Below, one piece after another: positions 31,825 to 47,466 of a stretch of 64,000 nucleotides of DNA. Below the pieces are notes generated by a model, which was not told where the DNA came from, did not search any database, and worked only from the letters and a program-made list of their open reading frames with translations. Position 1 is the stretch's first letter. The number at the start of each line of letters is the position of its first letter. A program made the translations under genes and the position numbers. The stretch is from Macrostomum lignano (taxonomy: Eukaryota), in the NCBI GenBank assembly GCA_002269645.1, contig NIVC01000845.1, positions 124,001-188,000 of the forward strand, given 5' to 3'.

Positions 31825-32352
31825 CCATAGTCCGGATCATGGCAGGGTGTATGCCAAACTAAAACTTGATAGATCCACAGTTTGTACGCCAATGTACGCC
31901 AATTTTTTTCTGCCTTCCTTAACTGTATGCCACTTTTACAGGTTAACGAAAAATGGAGCATATCGCAATTTAAATATAGTTACACCTATGTTATATATAT
32001 CCCTGTTATTATTGCAAGCAAGTAAAATATATATTATGCCTCTAGCAGCAGGTTTTATTAGAATATTAAAATTATTCAATAAAACAATAGATGGGAATAT
32101 ATTTTGTTAAAGTTAATGTATTTCTAACATAAATTCCATTTTTTAATTATTGTGCAAATTCCTAAAAAAATACCAATGTTTATGTACATTACATATTACA
32201 TTACAAGTTGCAACAGCAACAGCGTGTATGCCACTCATGCCAATAGGTAGGGCCCAATTTTTTGGTTATATGCCAATGTATGCCAATAGGGTTAGCAAGG
32301 GGTGACTATATGCCAAATTAATTTGGCGTATAGGCCATTATCTGGACTATGG
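31825..32352. mobile_element. Old MITE or DNA-transposon remnant
   Basis: About 35-bp imperfect TIRs (ccatagtccggatcatggc... versus ...gccattatctggactatgg). Confidence 0.5.
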
Positions 32353-33323
32353 GCTGGGGTCCTCAATTCTAGGGGAGGGTAGTCGTAATTGTAGTAAAGC
32401 AGTCTTTTAGCGGCACGGTCGTTCAAAATGGGTCCTCTGACACCATAAAATTTGTAGTCAGTCGATATGCTCTGTTGGTTACTCTCAGTAGTAAAGTAGT
32501 GCTGCCACCACTATAAATTTCGTATTACGGAACAATAAGGGTCTTAGAGCTTTCTTTGAGTTGAGACAGATTGGTTATTTTATGCCCCGTGGGCAAATGA
32601 CTCAATATAGACTAAAGGCTTCGATTAAGTACAACTGAATAAATATTAGATGACTGGTTATTATTAGAGTATTAGATAAATTGGTTGCTGCAAGCAATGT
32701 ACTAAATTGGATAAATTGTTCTTATTATTATTGTTATTATTAACCTTCGAGAGATGAATTCGACAATGCCGAGGGCAAGCGAAAGAGATTACTTAAACTT
32801 AGTTGGTAAAGTAGATCAAGTTAAATACAAACTAACGTACTAACGTTTAATGAAGAAAAGACGAAAAATGGAAACAAGGCAGATCACAAAAGAAATAGGG
32901 GGGGAGGCAAGTATGAGCAAAAGATTACAAAAACTGCATCTTATATGATTAAATTGGTATGGATAACCCAGGGGGTAGGGGTAGGGCAACGGATGGGACA
33001 AGGGAAGGGACAATGAAAGAAAAGGAAAAAAACTGGCCACTAGAAGCAATAAAACAATAGAGGCCATGGGAGAGAACAACAAAAGGAGCAGACAAAGGAG
33101 CAAGGGCGGGGACACCTGGGGGAACAAACGTTGAAAACATAATGACATCAACCGTCATCCTGTGGAACTTGGTCGTCTGCCTTGTCCGCACTGGAGGCTT
33201 GCCGTCATTCTACCACAGGCGCGGGGGCGCCGGGTCAAATGGCAGCAGACAGCGGACTCCCGGTCACTCAGGGGCGGTGGTCCTGCCTCCCCGGCCGGCC
33301 TCGGCAAGCAGGGGCATTTGGGT

Positions 33324-35040
33324 TCATCGGGGGCACACCACGCGCGCCTGGTGACTCAACTGAAGCAGCGCGGTTGAGAGACCCTGCCCTAGGGTGGCCA
33401 TATCGTCGACGTGCAGGCTGACCAATGCACAAAAGGCACCATACGGCAGGCCACCTGGGGCTTGCCTGTGGCGTTTGCAGAGCACCTTGGCTGCCAGACT
33501 GATGGCGCATGCAGCCGTCAACTGGCCAAACATGCTGGCGTAGCCAAACCAGTGTTGGCAGTTGCTCATATGGCGGGCAGTTTGGTCATCTTCAAGCTCG
33601 CCAAGCAGCAGTGTGGCTAGGTGCTGCGCCTGGTCAGGCCTTGGTCCCGTTACGGCCGCTCCCGCTGGCGACGGCTGGTTGGATCCACTGGTCCAGTTGG
33701 AAGGTAGGAGCAGTGGCATCACGTGCCGGTTGGGCTCCAGGGCGCGGATGGGCTCCGGCTCTGGAGCAAGCTACTGCGCACCCATGTCGTCCATCAGCCC
33801 GTTCACCCATACATCAGGGCTGTTCGTTGGCACGGCAGGTTCAGGGAGCTCAAAGTCCTCTAATGCTGTCTCATCAATTGGAGCTGCTCTGCCATGGGCC
33901 TGTCCATGGGGTGCACGACAATTGACTGCCACAATTTGTCTGCCACAATTTGACTGCGGTCAATTTGACTGCAACAATTTGACTGCCGAGCAATTTGACT
34001 GCCGACAAAATGACTGCGGACAAAATGACTGCCAACAATTTGACTGCCGACAATATGACTGCGGCAATTTGACTGCCGACAATATGACTGCGACAATTTG
34101 ACTACCAGCAAAATGACTGCCGCAATTTGACTGCCAGCAAAATGACTGCGGCAATTTGACTGCCAAGCAATTTGACTGCCAGCAAAATGACTGCCGGAAA
34201 AATGATGCTCCTAAAGTTTAGCACTCTATCAACCCTTTTAAGTCTATGCATGTAGTGAAATATTGTATTTACAAGCTAGAATGATGCAGAACAGAACACA
34301 ACTTTTATACAACAAGCTGTAACAGCTGTTGAAACCCGCGGATTTTGAACAATGGGAAATGGGAATTCCAATCTTAGGAACTATTTTGCATATATTCTAA
34401 AATCTGAAGTTAAACTCAAGCAAAAACTTTTATTATTAGAGTTAAACATAACATAGACTACATTCGTGTAAAATTAAGATTGGAGGCAAACTATTGATAT
34501 TGTTGGCTGGGGTGCGGCGCAGAATGTCAGAAAAACTCTGGCCTCTACTTCTGCCTCTCGATCCCTATGTTCCTTGCATCCTTTGAACCTTCTATCTTCT
34601 CTTCTGTTTTCTCACTTCTCTCTCGTAGCTCTTCTCTCTTGTCTCTGCTCTCTCATCTGTCATCTTACTCTCTTATACTGGTATGTTCTCTCCTCTCCTC
34701 TGTACTCTTCTCTTTCCCCTCTTTTGACTCCTCTCTTTCCTTAGTCCTCTTCTTTTCCCTCTTCTATACTCTCTCCCCTTTATTCACTTCTCTCGTCTCT
34801 CTGCACTCTGCTCTCTCCACCTTCATCTCTCATCTCTCTCTCCTCTTTTGCATAACAAGAATGCGCCTAGCAAGTTTTTCAAATTCATTCGTCAATATAA
34901 AGCTGTGCACAACTAGGCTAGGCTTTTGGTTTTGGTGTTTGGGGTTGCCAACTTTGGGGTTTGGAGTCAAATAATAAAAGGAGAGGGTGATCAGTAGAGC
35001 CCACAAGTTTAGGTGGCGAGCAAACTTATAAAACTCCATT

Positions 35041-35072
<32 letters not shown>

Positions 35073-35527
35073 GGGGGAAAATTGAGGGACTGGGGGAGAG
35101 AGGAGGAGGAGTGGCCTCTTGTTTTCTATATTGTTGGCTGTCAAATTGCTGCAGTCATTTTGCTGGCAGTAGTCAAATTGCTGCAGTCATATTGTCGGCA
35201 GTCAAATTGCCTCAGTCATATTGTTGGCAGTCAAATTTCCGCAGTCATTTTGTCGGCAGTCATTTTGTTGGCAGTCATTTTGTCAGCAGTCAAATTGTCC
35301 GCAGTCATTTTGTTTGCAGTCATTTTGTCGGCAGTCAAATTGCTCGACAGTCAAATTGTCCGCAGTCAAATTGACCGCAGTCAAATTGTGGCAGTCAAAT
35401 TGTGGCAGTCAATTGTCGTAGACCCCTGTCCATGGCTGCAATCGTTTAGTTGCGCGAAGGCCATGCAGATTTCTCGACTAATCGGCAATTTGTCATCTCG
35501 CCCTTGCATGGGGTCGTCAAAGTTCAT
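33324..35527 (-). pseudogene. Unidentified 225-codon ORF disabled by a transposon insertion and one TAG
   Basis: Joining 35527-35426 to 33899-33324 (removing the element and one TSD) restores the frame: MNFDDPMQGRDDKLPISREICMAFAQLNDCSHGQ|AHGRAAPIDETALEDF...GAQ*(33771-33773)LAPEPE...VVCPR*. Confidence 0.6.
33909..35425. mobile_element. Foldback/Mutator-like non-autonomous element (1517 bp) with tandem-subrepeat TIRs
   Basis: Ends GGGT(GC/CT)ACGACAATTGACTGCCACAATTTG are inverted; about 280-bp arms of ~15-bp caatttgactgc units; perfect 9-bp TSD ctgtccatg at 33900-33908 and 35426-35434. Confidence 0.93.
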
Positions 35528-37539
35528 ATTGCAGCTTTATAATATTTTGATAGTATTGACAATGTCAATATACAATTTGGATATTGGAATATTAGACCTC
35601 AATACTAGTTTTAGTAGTATTGGATCATAGTATTGTACAATATTTTCAATTCCAATATTCCCATATGTAGTCCAATACTTTCTTATAAAAAATATTTTTT
35701 TTGCAATCTTTTAGATGACAATCACCAAGTACAATAACAATCACTTTGAAAATTGTTTTAAATAAATAAAGCTTGGTTCAAATTCTTAGAACAATGTGTA
35801 ACGAATTTTTCTAAAGATAGAAGATTCTAACTTTCATAGAACACATGATTCTAGCACTTTCTATTCATCAGCACCTTGTATATTATATCCATTTTAGATA
35901 ACAATTTTTAAATACAAAAATGACATAAATTGATTATATTCGAAAGCTATAGCACTTCTTGTCAATATAGCTTTCAAGGTCAAGCAGTCATGGAACCTTC
36001 TATTTTTATAAATAAGCACCTTCTATACTATTTTAGTTTTGGAAGACAAAAATTAAAATACAAAATTACCTTAAAATGATCTCATGTTCCAAGAGGCAAA
36101 ACTATAGCACTTCTTATTTTTAATACAACAAACATTTTAATGCTAATTTTATATACAAATAATCATTAGCTAGAAGCACTATTTATATTTGCAATATACT
36201 AATTGTTTGCTAGGAGAGTGGAAAAATGATAAAAGGTTATTTTTTCTTATGGAGTTTTGGAATGCAATCTTCCTAGCATAAAAGTTTTATTAAAATGATT
36301 GCCTTATAAAACTGAATATATATAGGCTGACTGTTTAAATGACTGTTTAGATTCCTTCATTAACTTATATAAAAATTTTGGTTTCTTCAATTTGAAGAAA
36401 GAGCAGATACAAACTTCAATGATGATTATCAAAGTTGGTTAGCATCTATGTATAAACATATTCTGTTGTGTTATGCCTTTTGATCTTGAAATATTTATTT
36501 ATATCATACTATATGTCTTTTTTACGGTTCTATTTAGAACTACAAACTAAAGTATACTATAAAAATTGATCCTAAGTCCCAAATCTTAATCTTGATCCTA
36601 AAGCCCAAACCCAAGAAAAAAACTATTCCTCGATCCCAATCTTTCCCAATATAAATGACTTCAATCCTATTCAATCTTTATTTAATTAGTTAATGCCAAA
36701 AAATACAGTATGAATGCTATCTTCTAAATTATGGGCTAGAAATGGAAACAATTAGAATTGAGATTAAATACTGAGGCTTTTAGGCTTTAAGACTTAGGAA
36801 AAGCAATGAATTAAAAATCTAATTTATGGACCTTGAATGATTCTTACAAACAAGAGAGAAAATAACAATCTGTTACATTTTATGTATTTAATTTTATGAT
36901 AAATTTGATGCTTTCAAATTTGGAAAGGTAGGGTTGGAATTTGGTCTAGGTACATTTATTTCACTTGATACATTTTGATACAAGTTAAATTATTGCAATT
37001 CATGGCTTCATCAAAGCGTTCACCTGTGGAAGGTTTTTTTCAAGAAAATCGCAACAACGAACAACTTGCAATAAATGTGGCAAGGAATTTAAATATAACT
37101 ATTTGAATTTATAAAACTTTTTATCTTCAGAAATTATTTTTTTATCACTACTCCTTTAAATACGAGCGTATATTCTAACTATAAATTGAAAAAAATTGAT
37201 CTTGATGCTCCATGTTTATATGTGGTATATGACCTTATTAGGGATATTTTAATATATTTTTATCAATAATTCGCAACAATATATTATATAGATTACTACA
37301 AGTAAGATCTAAAAGTAAGAAACCATACCATAGGGCATACTTTAAGGCTTGGTAACATTGGTTGATAGACTTTTAACCTACTGTCTCTAAGGTGGCACTA
37401 CACTATCATTGTGCTTTTTACAGTGTCAACATCCTATTCTTGCATGAAAGCCTGCAATGTAGCATACCTTTCAATCAAGTTGCTATTTTTCTGAAAGAAA
37501 GAAAACTTTTGCTGCACTGCTTACTAATAGTAGCTATAA

Positions 37540-39369
<1,830 letters not shown>

Positions 39370-40054
39370 GCTGAACATTGAAATAAATATACACTAATTG
39401 CAAGTTTTGAGCGGTTTTTTATAGTTTTGCTTCCTTTTTCTGTGCTAAAATTACTGCCATGTTGGAATACCAGTCTATTATTTGCTGAAAGTTAGGTAAT
39501 TTTTTAGCATTTCTTATCTTTATTGTGTCTTAAAGTCAGTTGAGTTTATTCTGTCATTAAGTTTTAGATATTTTACTAGTACGCTCGTACCTATTGGTCA
39601 TTTCACAGCTTCTAGAGTGTGTTTTTGGTTGGCTTGCGACTTGCCAAGAAGATAGGGTGATCAAATAATAGTTCCTAATCGGTAAGCAAACCACCTTGAT
39701 GGATTAGCCATGTCTAATAATGTCTGAATTTTATATTATGTTCCTGTCTGAATGATTTTGTGGACGGAAATTTTGATTAGAATGTCGATGCTTTAAGTCC
39801 TAAATGACATGCAATTATTATTATTTGACGTTAATTGATCATAACAGTTTATTTTTCAAAGTCGAAGCATTTTCAGTAAACTAGACCAATGATAGGGTGA
39901 TTGTGCCTGTATTTTTGTTTCTAATGTATTGTTAATTTAATGTTTTACTTATTGCATTGAGACCAGTAAGTATTCCGTTTAGTTAATCAATTGCCAAGTG
40001 CGTTTCTTTTTTGTCTAATTGCCTTGAGCTAATAAAACAAAATATTGCTTCCAG

Positions 40055-40743
40055 CCGTCACTCCTCGGGAAGGGGGTAAGGAAATCAGCCACCTCACTCC
40101 TCGGGGAGGGGGTAAGGAAATCAGCCACCTCATTCCTCGGGAAGGGGGGGTAAGGAAACCAGCCATCTCACTCCTCGTGGAGGGGGTAAAGAAATCAGCC
40201 ACCTCACTCCTCGTGGAGGGGGTAAGGAAATCAGCCACCTCACTCCTCGGGAAGGGGGGTAAGGAAATCAGCCAACTCACTCCTTGGGAAGGGGGGTAAG
40301 GAAATCAGCCATCTCACTCCTCGGGAAGGGGGTAAGGAAATCAGCCAACTCACTCCTCGGGGGGGGGGTAAGGAAATCAGCCAACTCACTCCTTGGGAAG
40401 GGGGGTAAGGAAATCAGCCATCTCACTCCTCGGGAAGGGGGTAAGGAAATCAGCCAACTCACTCCTCGGGGAGGGGGTAAGGAAATCAGCCACCTCATTC
40501 CTCGGGAAGGGGGGTAAGGAAATCAGCCATCTCACTCCTCGGGGAGGGGGTAAGGAAATCAGCCACCTCATTCCTCGGGAAGGGGGGTAAGGAAATCAGC
40601 CAACTCACTCCTCGGGAAGGGGGGTAAGGAAACCAGCCACCTCATTCCTCGGGAAGGGGGGTAAGGAAATCAGCCAACTCACTCCTCGGGAAGGGGGTAA
40701 GGAAACCAGCCAACTCACTCCTCGGGAAGGGGGGTAAGGAAAC
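40055..40743. repeat. About 39-40-bp minisatellite (ggtaaggaaatcagccanctcactcctcgggaagggg)n
   Basis: About 17 units. Confidence 0.95.
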
Positions 40744-41334
40744 CAATTTATGTGCTCCTTACTCATTTATGCGTGGAAATTAAGTCAATATTTGCAATCT
40801 ATTATTTAAGCATAGCCGGTGACAGCAGCAATCGCCTTTGTTATTTTGCATCTATTCAGTTAAAAATGTATGCGGCATAAATATATGTGTCAGTTTAATT
40901 AAACTTGTGCTAAGAACAGATCTTATTGCAATCGATGCACGAGAAGTATTGCTTCTCTAGTAGCCTAACAAAAAAGAATAGCCAGCATGAGTTACTCAGT
41001 TCTTCAACCAGACATTAAATACTCGTATTATAATAGTCGGTTATCTACCATAAAATGAGGATTCAGCTTTTATATACGCAATAGTAATGAAAAGTTGGCG
41101 TTTGATTTTTACATGCATACCTGGAGTTTTACTTATCCAAATTTGAGTCAGCACTTATGTCTACAAAAAATTATTTTCGACTGCATACTAGCTATTAGAA
41201 GTAGACAGGTACGGCGTTGCACTTGCATGCATGTGCGAGAACGCTGAAGTATTCAGAGCGCACTCAAAGACTATTTGTAGGGGTATTCAGAACATTTTCG
41301 GATTTTCAAAAGAGGTGTTCCGAAAACACCCCAG

Positions 41335-41890
41335 GAATAGCAGAGGGGGTATTCAGAACACACTCTAGGATTAGCAGAAGGAGTATTCAGAACACACTCT
41401 AGGACTAGCAGATGGAGTATTCAGAACACACTCTAGGATTAGCAGAAGGAGTATTCAGAACACACTCTAGGACTAGCAGATGGAGTATTCAGAACACACT
41501 CTAGGATTAGCAGAAGGAGTATTCAGAACACACTCTAGGACTAGCAGATGGAGTATTCAGAACACACTCTAGGATTAGCAGGAGTATTCAGAACACTCTA
41601 GGATTAGCAGAAGGAGTATTCAGAACACACTCTAGGACTAGCAGAAGGAGTATTCAGAACACACTCTAGGACTAGCAGATGGAGTATTCAGAACACACTC
41701 TAGGATTAGCAGGAGTATTCAGAACACACTCTAGGATTAGCAGAAGGAGTATTCAGAACACACTCTAGGACTAGCAGGAGTATTCAGAACACACTAGGAT
41801 TAGCAGAAGGAGTATTCAGAACACACTCTAGGACTAGCAGAAGGGGTATTCAGAACACACTCTAGGACTAGCAGAAAGGGTATTCAGAAA
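41335..41890. repeat. About 38-bp minisatellite (gagtattcagaacacactctaggattagcagaag)n
   Basis: About 15 units. Confidence 0.93.
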
Positions 41891-42409
41891 AAGGGTAGTC
41901 AGAACATCATGTACTCAAGGGAGTAGCAGAAGGGGAAGCCATTGAAAGCTAGAACTTTCTCATCTCATCCCCTGATTTCTCACCAAAACCAGGCCAACAG
42001 AGAAGCCGATAGCAACAACGGCAGGCAGGCCGGTGGTTTCGCTGAGAGCCGCGGTGTCTGAACTACTAATAGTAGTAGTGGCGTGTGGTTGAGCGTACAA
42101 GCAGCTCGGAGGCACCGGCAACGAGTAGCGACTGTAATCCGCTTAGCCGTCCTTTACTCCGCAGCAGTTGAGCTGAGGATAGTATTGTACTGTTTTAGTA
42201 ATAATACTTTTCAACTTCTACGAGATGCAAAACTATAAAAATCTATAGACAAACTTGCGGTGCCCTTGCTGGGATTTTTATTAGGGGTGGGGGGGCGACA
42301 GCGATGAGTACCAGTACGGAGATGCTACCGTGGAGGTGTCATCTTGGGGGCGCCATCGTAAGTGGCGCCAGCACTAAGAGACATCCGCGGCATCAAGGGG
42401 CCTTATCTC

Positions 42410-43200
42410 AAGGACACCAGCACCAAGGGGACACCACCACCAAGGGACATCGGCATCAAGGGGCCTTATCTCGAGGACACCAGCACCAAGGAACACCAGC
42501 ACCTAGGAGACACCACTGCAGCACCAAGGGGACACCAGCACTAAGGAGACACCAGCACTAAGGGGACACCAGCACCTAGGAGACACCACTGCAGCACTAA
42601 GGAGACACCAGCACCAAGGAGACACCAGCACTAAGGAGACACCAGCACTAAGGAGACACCAGCACTAAGGAGACACCAGCACCAAGGAGACACCAGCACT
42701 AAGGAGACACCAGCACCTAGGAGACACCACTGCAGCACCAAGGGGACACCAGCACCTAGGAGACACCACTGCAGCACCAAGGAGACACCAGCACCTAGGA
42801 GACACCACTGCAGCACCAAGGAGACACCAGCACCAAGAAGACACCAGCACCTAGGGGACACCAGCACTAAGGGGACACCAGCACCAAGAAGATACCAGCA
42901 CCAAGGGGACACCAGCACCAAGGAGACACCAGCACCAAGGGGACACCAGCACTAAGGAGACGCCAGCACTAAGGGGACACCAGCACTAAGGGGACACCAG
43001 CACCAAGAAGACACCAGCACCAAGGGGACACCAGCACCAAGAAGATACCAGCACCAAGGGGACACCAGCACTAAGGAGACGCCAGCACTAAGGGGACACC
43101 AGCACTAAGGAGACGCCAGCACTAAGGGGACACCAGCACTAAGGGGACACCAGCACCAAGAAGATACCAGCACCAAGGGGACACCAGCACTAAGGGGACA
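42410..43200. repeat. About 17-bp minisatellite family (caccagcactaaggaga / caccagcaccaagggga)
   Basis: Tetraspanin intron. Confidence 0.92.
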
Positions 43201-43719
43201 CTCTTACCAGCCTCTGCACACTGTTCATGATCCTCCGACTCCTTGCATCGGCATATTAGGTCGTCACCAGTCTGTGCAGCTCGATGGACAGGCGAGCTAA
43301 CAGCTGCTTTGTGGATGTCAGAGCGACAGCAATGCTGATCATTGCAACCAGAGCTGTCAACGATGCCGCTAGAATAGAGAAGAACTGCAACGTTTTGATT
43401 TGTTGCTTTTTTGTTGTTTAGTCATTTGGCTTCATCTCCGCTTCGGCATGGGGTGCGTGGACAGGATTTTTTATTCAGGGATCTTAAGCACCAGCACCAT
43501 GGATTCTACAGCAGCTTTTACATGTAGATGAGCACTTATTGGAAAACTAATCTGATCATTGAGCCGGTAAGGCAGCCCAGCTGACTTCACTATTCTGCTC
43601 GTTAGGGACCGATGAAGTCTGCTCTGAGTTGCTGATGAAGTACACTTCACGTTGATGGAAGATCATTGAAATCAGTTTTAATGTAATTGACATAATTAAT
43701 TTAATTAGCAACAAACCCG

Positions 43720-44693
43720 GCTAGCAACAAATCCGGGCTAGCAGCACATCCGGCTAGCAGCACATCCGGCTAGCAGCACATCCGGCTAGCAACACATCCG
43801 GCTAGCAGCACATCCGGCTAGCAGCACATCCGGCTAGCAGCACATCCGGCTAGCAGCACATCCGGCTAGCAGCACATCCGGCTAGCAACACATCCGGCTA
43901 GCAACACATCCGGCTAGCAGCACATCCGGCTAGCAGCACATCCGGCTAGCAACACATCCGGCTAGCAACACATCCGGCTAGCAGCACATCCGGCTAGCAA
44001 CACATCCGGCTAGCAGCACATCCGGCTAGCAGCACATCCGGCTAGCAGCACATCCGGCTAGCAGCACATCCGGCTAGCAACACATCCGGCTAGCAACACA
44101 TCCGGCTAGCAGCACATCCGGCTAGCAGCACATCCGGCTAGCAACACATCCGGCTAGCAGCACATCCGGCTAGCAGCACATCCGGCTAGCAGCACATCCG
44201 GCTAGCAGCACATCCGGCTAGCAACACATCCGGCTAGCAACACATCCGGCTAGCAGCACATCCGGCTAGCAGCACATCCGGCTAGCAACACATCCGGCTA
44301 GCAACACATCCGGCTAGCAGCACATCCGGCTAGCAACACATCCGGCTAGCAGCACATCCGGCTAGCAGCACATCCGGCTAGCAGCACATCCGACTAGCAA
44401 CACATCCGGCTAGCAACACATCCGGCTAGCAGCACATCCGGCTAGCAGCACATCCGGCTAGCAGCACATCCGGCTAGCAACACATCCGGCTAGCAGCACA
44501 TCCGGCTAGCAGCACATCCGGCTAGCAGCACATCCGGCTAGCAACACATCCGGCTAGCAACACATCCGGCTAGCAACACATCCGGCTAGCAGCACATCCG
44601 GCTAGCAGCACATCCGGCTAGCAACACATCCGGCTAGCAGCACATCCGGCTAGCAACGAATCCGGCTAGCAACACATCCGGCTAGCAGCACAT
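43720..44693. repeat. 16-bp minisatellite (cggctagcagcacatc / cggctagcaacacatc), about 60 units
   Basis: Tetraspanin intron; two variants interspersed. Confidence 0.97.
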
Positions 44694-46299
44694 CTTGTTA
44701 CATGTAGCAACACACTAGCTAACGGGGAAGTCTACCGTAAATTCCTAATCCTATCCGGTGCATGTAAAAAGTATCATTTAACTTGTTTTCTATCAATTTC
44801 CAAGTGTGGACTCTGGTCTTGCATACACCTGGTTTTCTAATCAAATCTGTAAAGTTAAAAGTCCTTAGCAGTTCGCAGCTTCGGACTCACCGCGGCCAGC
44901 AGGCAGCGGCTGGCCCTGACGGTGCCGCAGCAGCCGAGAAAGCCGGCCCCGGCTGTCAAAAACTCGAGCCCGGCTAGCAGCCAGGCGGCAGAGCTTGGCG
45001 CGCAGACCGCTGTGCAGCTGGGAGGCGATGCCAAGGCAGAAGGCGACGGTGCCGAGGCACTGAGGGGAATTTTCGAGATATTCAACGATTCCAATATGGG
45101 AAGATTTTTCATCCAGCCTTCCCTCCTTGTCGTCCCCTGTCCCCTGGCCCTGGGCCATGCTTGGATTCAACCGATGAGACGTCAGGTGGGTCACCATGGC
45201 CCTCTCGGCCGGGAGAAAATCTGCAGTGAGGAATGCCCATCTGTCTCTCCGGTGTTGAGAATGCGGAGCAGTTCATCTGTGAATGTCTTGCTTTTACTCA
45301 GGGCAGGCTCATCAACCTCGGCCAAAAACCAGCGCATCTTTCCAGAGAACTTCCGTCAGTTCGTCCGCTACTCAAGGGTTACTGAGCGGGCACTGCGTCC
45401 GCCAGAGCCCCCGTGCGGCTAAAGTCAAGTAAACCGCTATAGTCAGTAGTAAGCCTTGAAAGCATCTATAGAACCTGATCTATAACGATTTAAAAGAGAC
45501 CAAAATATTGTAAAAAGGGTCTGATCTCGTATAGCCACAAGTCTCCATAGTCCAATTCAAGGCGACAGTCGACCCGCAGCCACTGCGGATGTCATCAAAC
45601 AGCCATTGTCTATAAGACACAGCCTGGCGTGATGACAAACTCAACTGGCCATTATTTTAGCTTTAGCAGGCATTTGAACCATAGACGATTAGTTAACTAT
45701 GCACTTATTAACTGACATAAGTGATGAGGACGCACTTTTTTCCAAACCCGCGCTAGCACATGGGCTCTAAACTTACTAGCCTACTAACAGTGGGCAATGG
45801 GCATTTTTATCCCTTTTCTGCGAATTGTCATAGAATCTATACTAGATATAATGTTTTGTCATACTAGTAGTCATAATAACATAAACGCAGCTTTTTGGGT
45901 CATAAATCATCGCTTTCGAAGCTGGTCTGACAGCCACCTGCGCCTCACTCAGTGTTGAGGCGGGCGCCAGATGGTCTGAGGGGATGCGAATGATAGCTTT
46001 TTTCTCATCATTTTTGACAGGCCATCAGATTTATGAGGTCAGAGCCTATTGTTCGGGTTCACTCAAGCGTGTGAAAGCTTTGACAGCTATGCGTTTTACC
46101 CCTAAAAGTACTTTGAGATCAAGCGATTAGCGATTTCTCTTCACTATCTTCACTTTCTACTTAATAAGACCTTTCCAATGCATATTTTTTCTTTAATTTT
46201 TGTAATTCCTACGCGAAAGGTCATAAATTATTATGTAGCGATTTTGAGCGATTTATGACTGCATCTGGCGTATTTTTATGGCCCCGAGGGAACTGATAG

Positions 46300-46730
46300 G
46301 ATCTTTTGGTTACGTGGGTTTGGGTGGCAACAAGCTCAGCCAATCAGAAAATTCGACGTTCAGTTAGAACAAATCGGCTCAGCCAATCAGCGTCAAGGTG
46401 TTCCATTCTAACAAATTGCGGTCCAGTTAGCGGCTATTTAAACCGGTGTTTTTGGCCCGCTCGGACATCTACTTGCTCGGACCCAGTACGCAACTTCTGG
46501 TTCCCGGAGCTCGACCGTCGTCTCTTGATCCCCGGATCGCAACCTCCCCATCATCATCAAGGACGAATTCCCCCGGTCGACAGCAACGACCATCAAGAAT
46601 AAGATCATCACCTGCTAGCTATTTGCGAAATTTGTGACAGCATCATCCCGGGCCAACAGCTGCAAAGCACTAAGCCGATTCGGTCACTGTGGATTACCTG
46701 GTCTCCGGCTGTTGAGTTTCTGATTGGTTG
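46300..46730 (+). other. Promoter- or LTR-like segment
   Basis: Two CAGCCAATCAG boxes (about 46340 and 46383) upstream of TATTTAAA (46435-46442); no partner LTR or gene seen. Confidence 0.3.
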
Positions 46731-47466
46731 GGTGAGAGGCTACCTAGACTTGCTTGATTGGGTGATTCCCTATCTGTCCCCTATTTCAGTAGCTGGATTA
46801 GGCGCACACTTTTGCTCATTTTGTTCAGTAGTGCTGTTACTGAGGCAGAAACCATTCAATAATACTGTTAGTAGCCTGAAGCTCCAATTTAATCTGAGAT
46901 GTGAAGTGATTCAGTGAGAAGGTTAAATCTGACAGTTATTTATCGGTTTTATTTCTTTGTTCGCCGATGGCTCAGATGAGTGGCTAAGCTAGTAGGCGCT
47001 GGTCACAGTGGACCAATGGCAAGGCAGTTCTCAGTCGATCAATCTAACAAATCAGTGAGCAAAACTGCCAATAGAGCAAAATCGGCGCTAGAGATGTACT
47101 CTGTGCACTCTAGGTAAGCCAAGCGGCTCGGGTATTGAATCATGCAGTCTCTGATGTTCGAGTTAGCCTATCATCAGCGCTACGAGAGGCTGGTCGGCGC
47201 GTTGAAAGCCAAAAGTACAATTCTTCGTATTTAGCAATGTAATAGTACATGTAGCTACCCCATAGTCTCCCCACTGCAAGAATCCCCTGCACAAGTCCCC
47301 TCTGTACCTGCATGGCCAATGCGATCTAGTCCCAGCAGTGTCCCTTATGATCGGCTATGACTTCGAGATTGACAGCAAAAAGACACTAGTTGGCAGGTAA
47401 GTGCAAAGCCCCTTCTAGTCGGAAGCCCGATTTCGAGAGTCCCGGTGTGGTGAGCCAGGACGTACG

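Larger units (their letters stand above)
41984..45059 (-). pseudogene. Tetraspanin-like gene with one frameshift and two in-frame TAA codons
   Basis: Exons 45059-44891 (CLGTVAFCLGIA...frameshift...AAWLLAGLEFLTAGAGFLGCCGTVRASRCLLAA), 43384-43208 (TM3; TAA 43256-43258), 42172-41984 (LNCCGVKDG*ADY...VPPSC...TM4; TAA 42143-42145). Tetraspanin GFLGCCG, CCG and PxSC motifs; canonical splice sites. First and last exons not found. Confidence 0.8.

Noticed and set aside
44922-45422. 166-aa plus-strand ORF
   Set aside because: Largely the antisense shadow of the tetraspanin exon.
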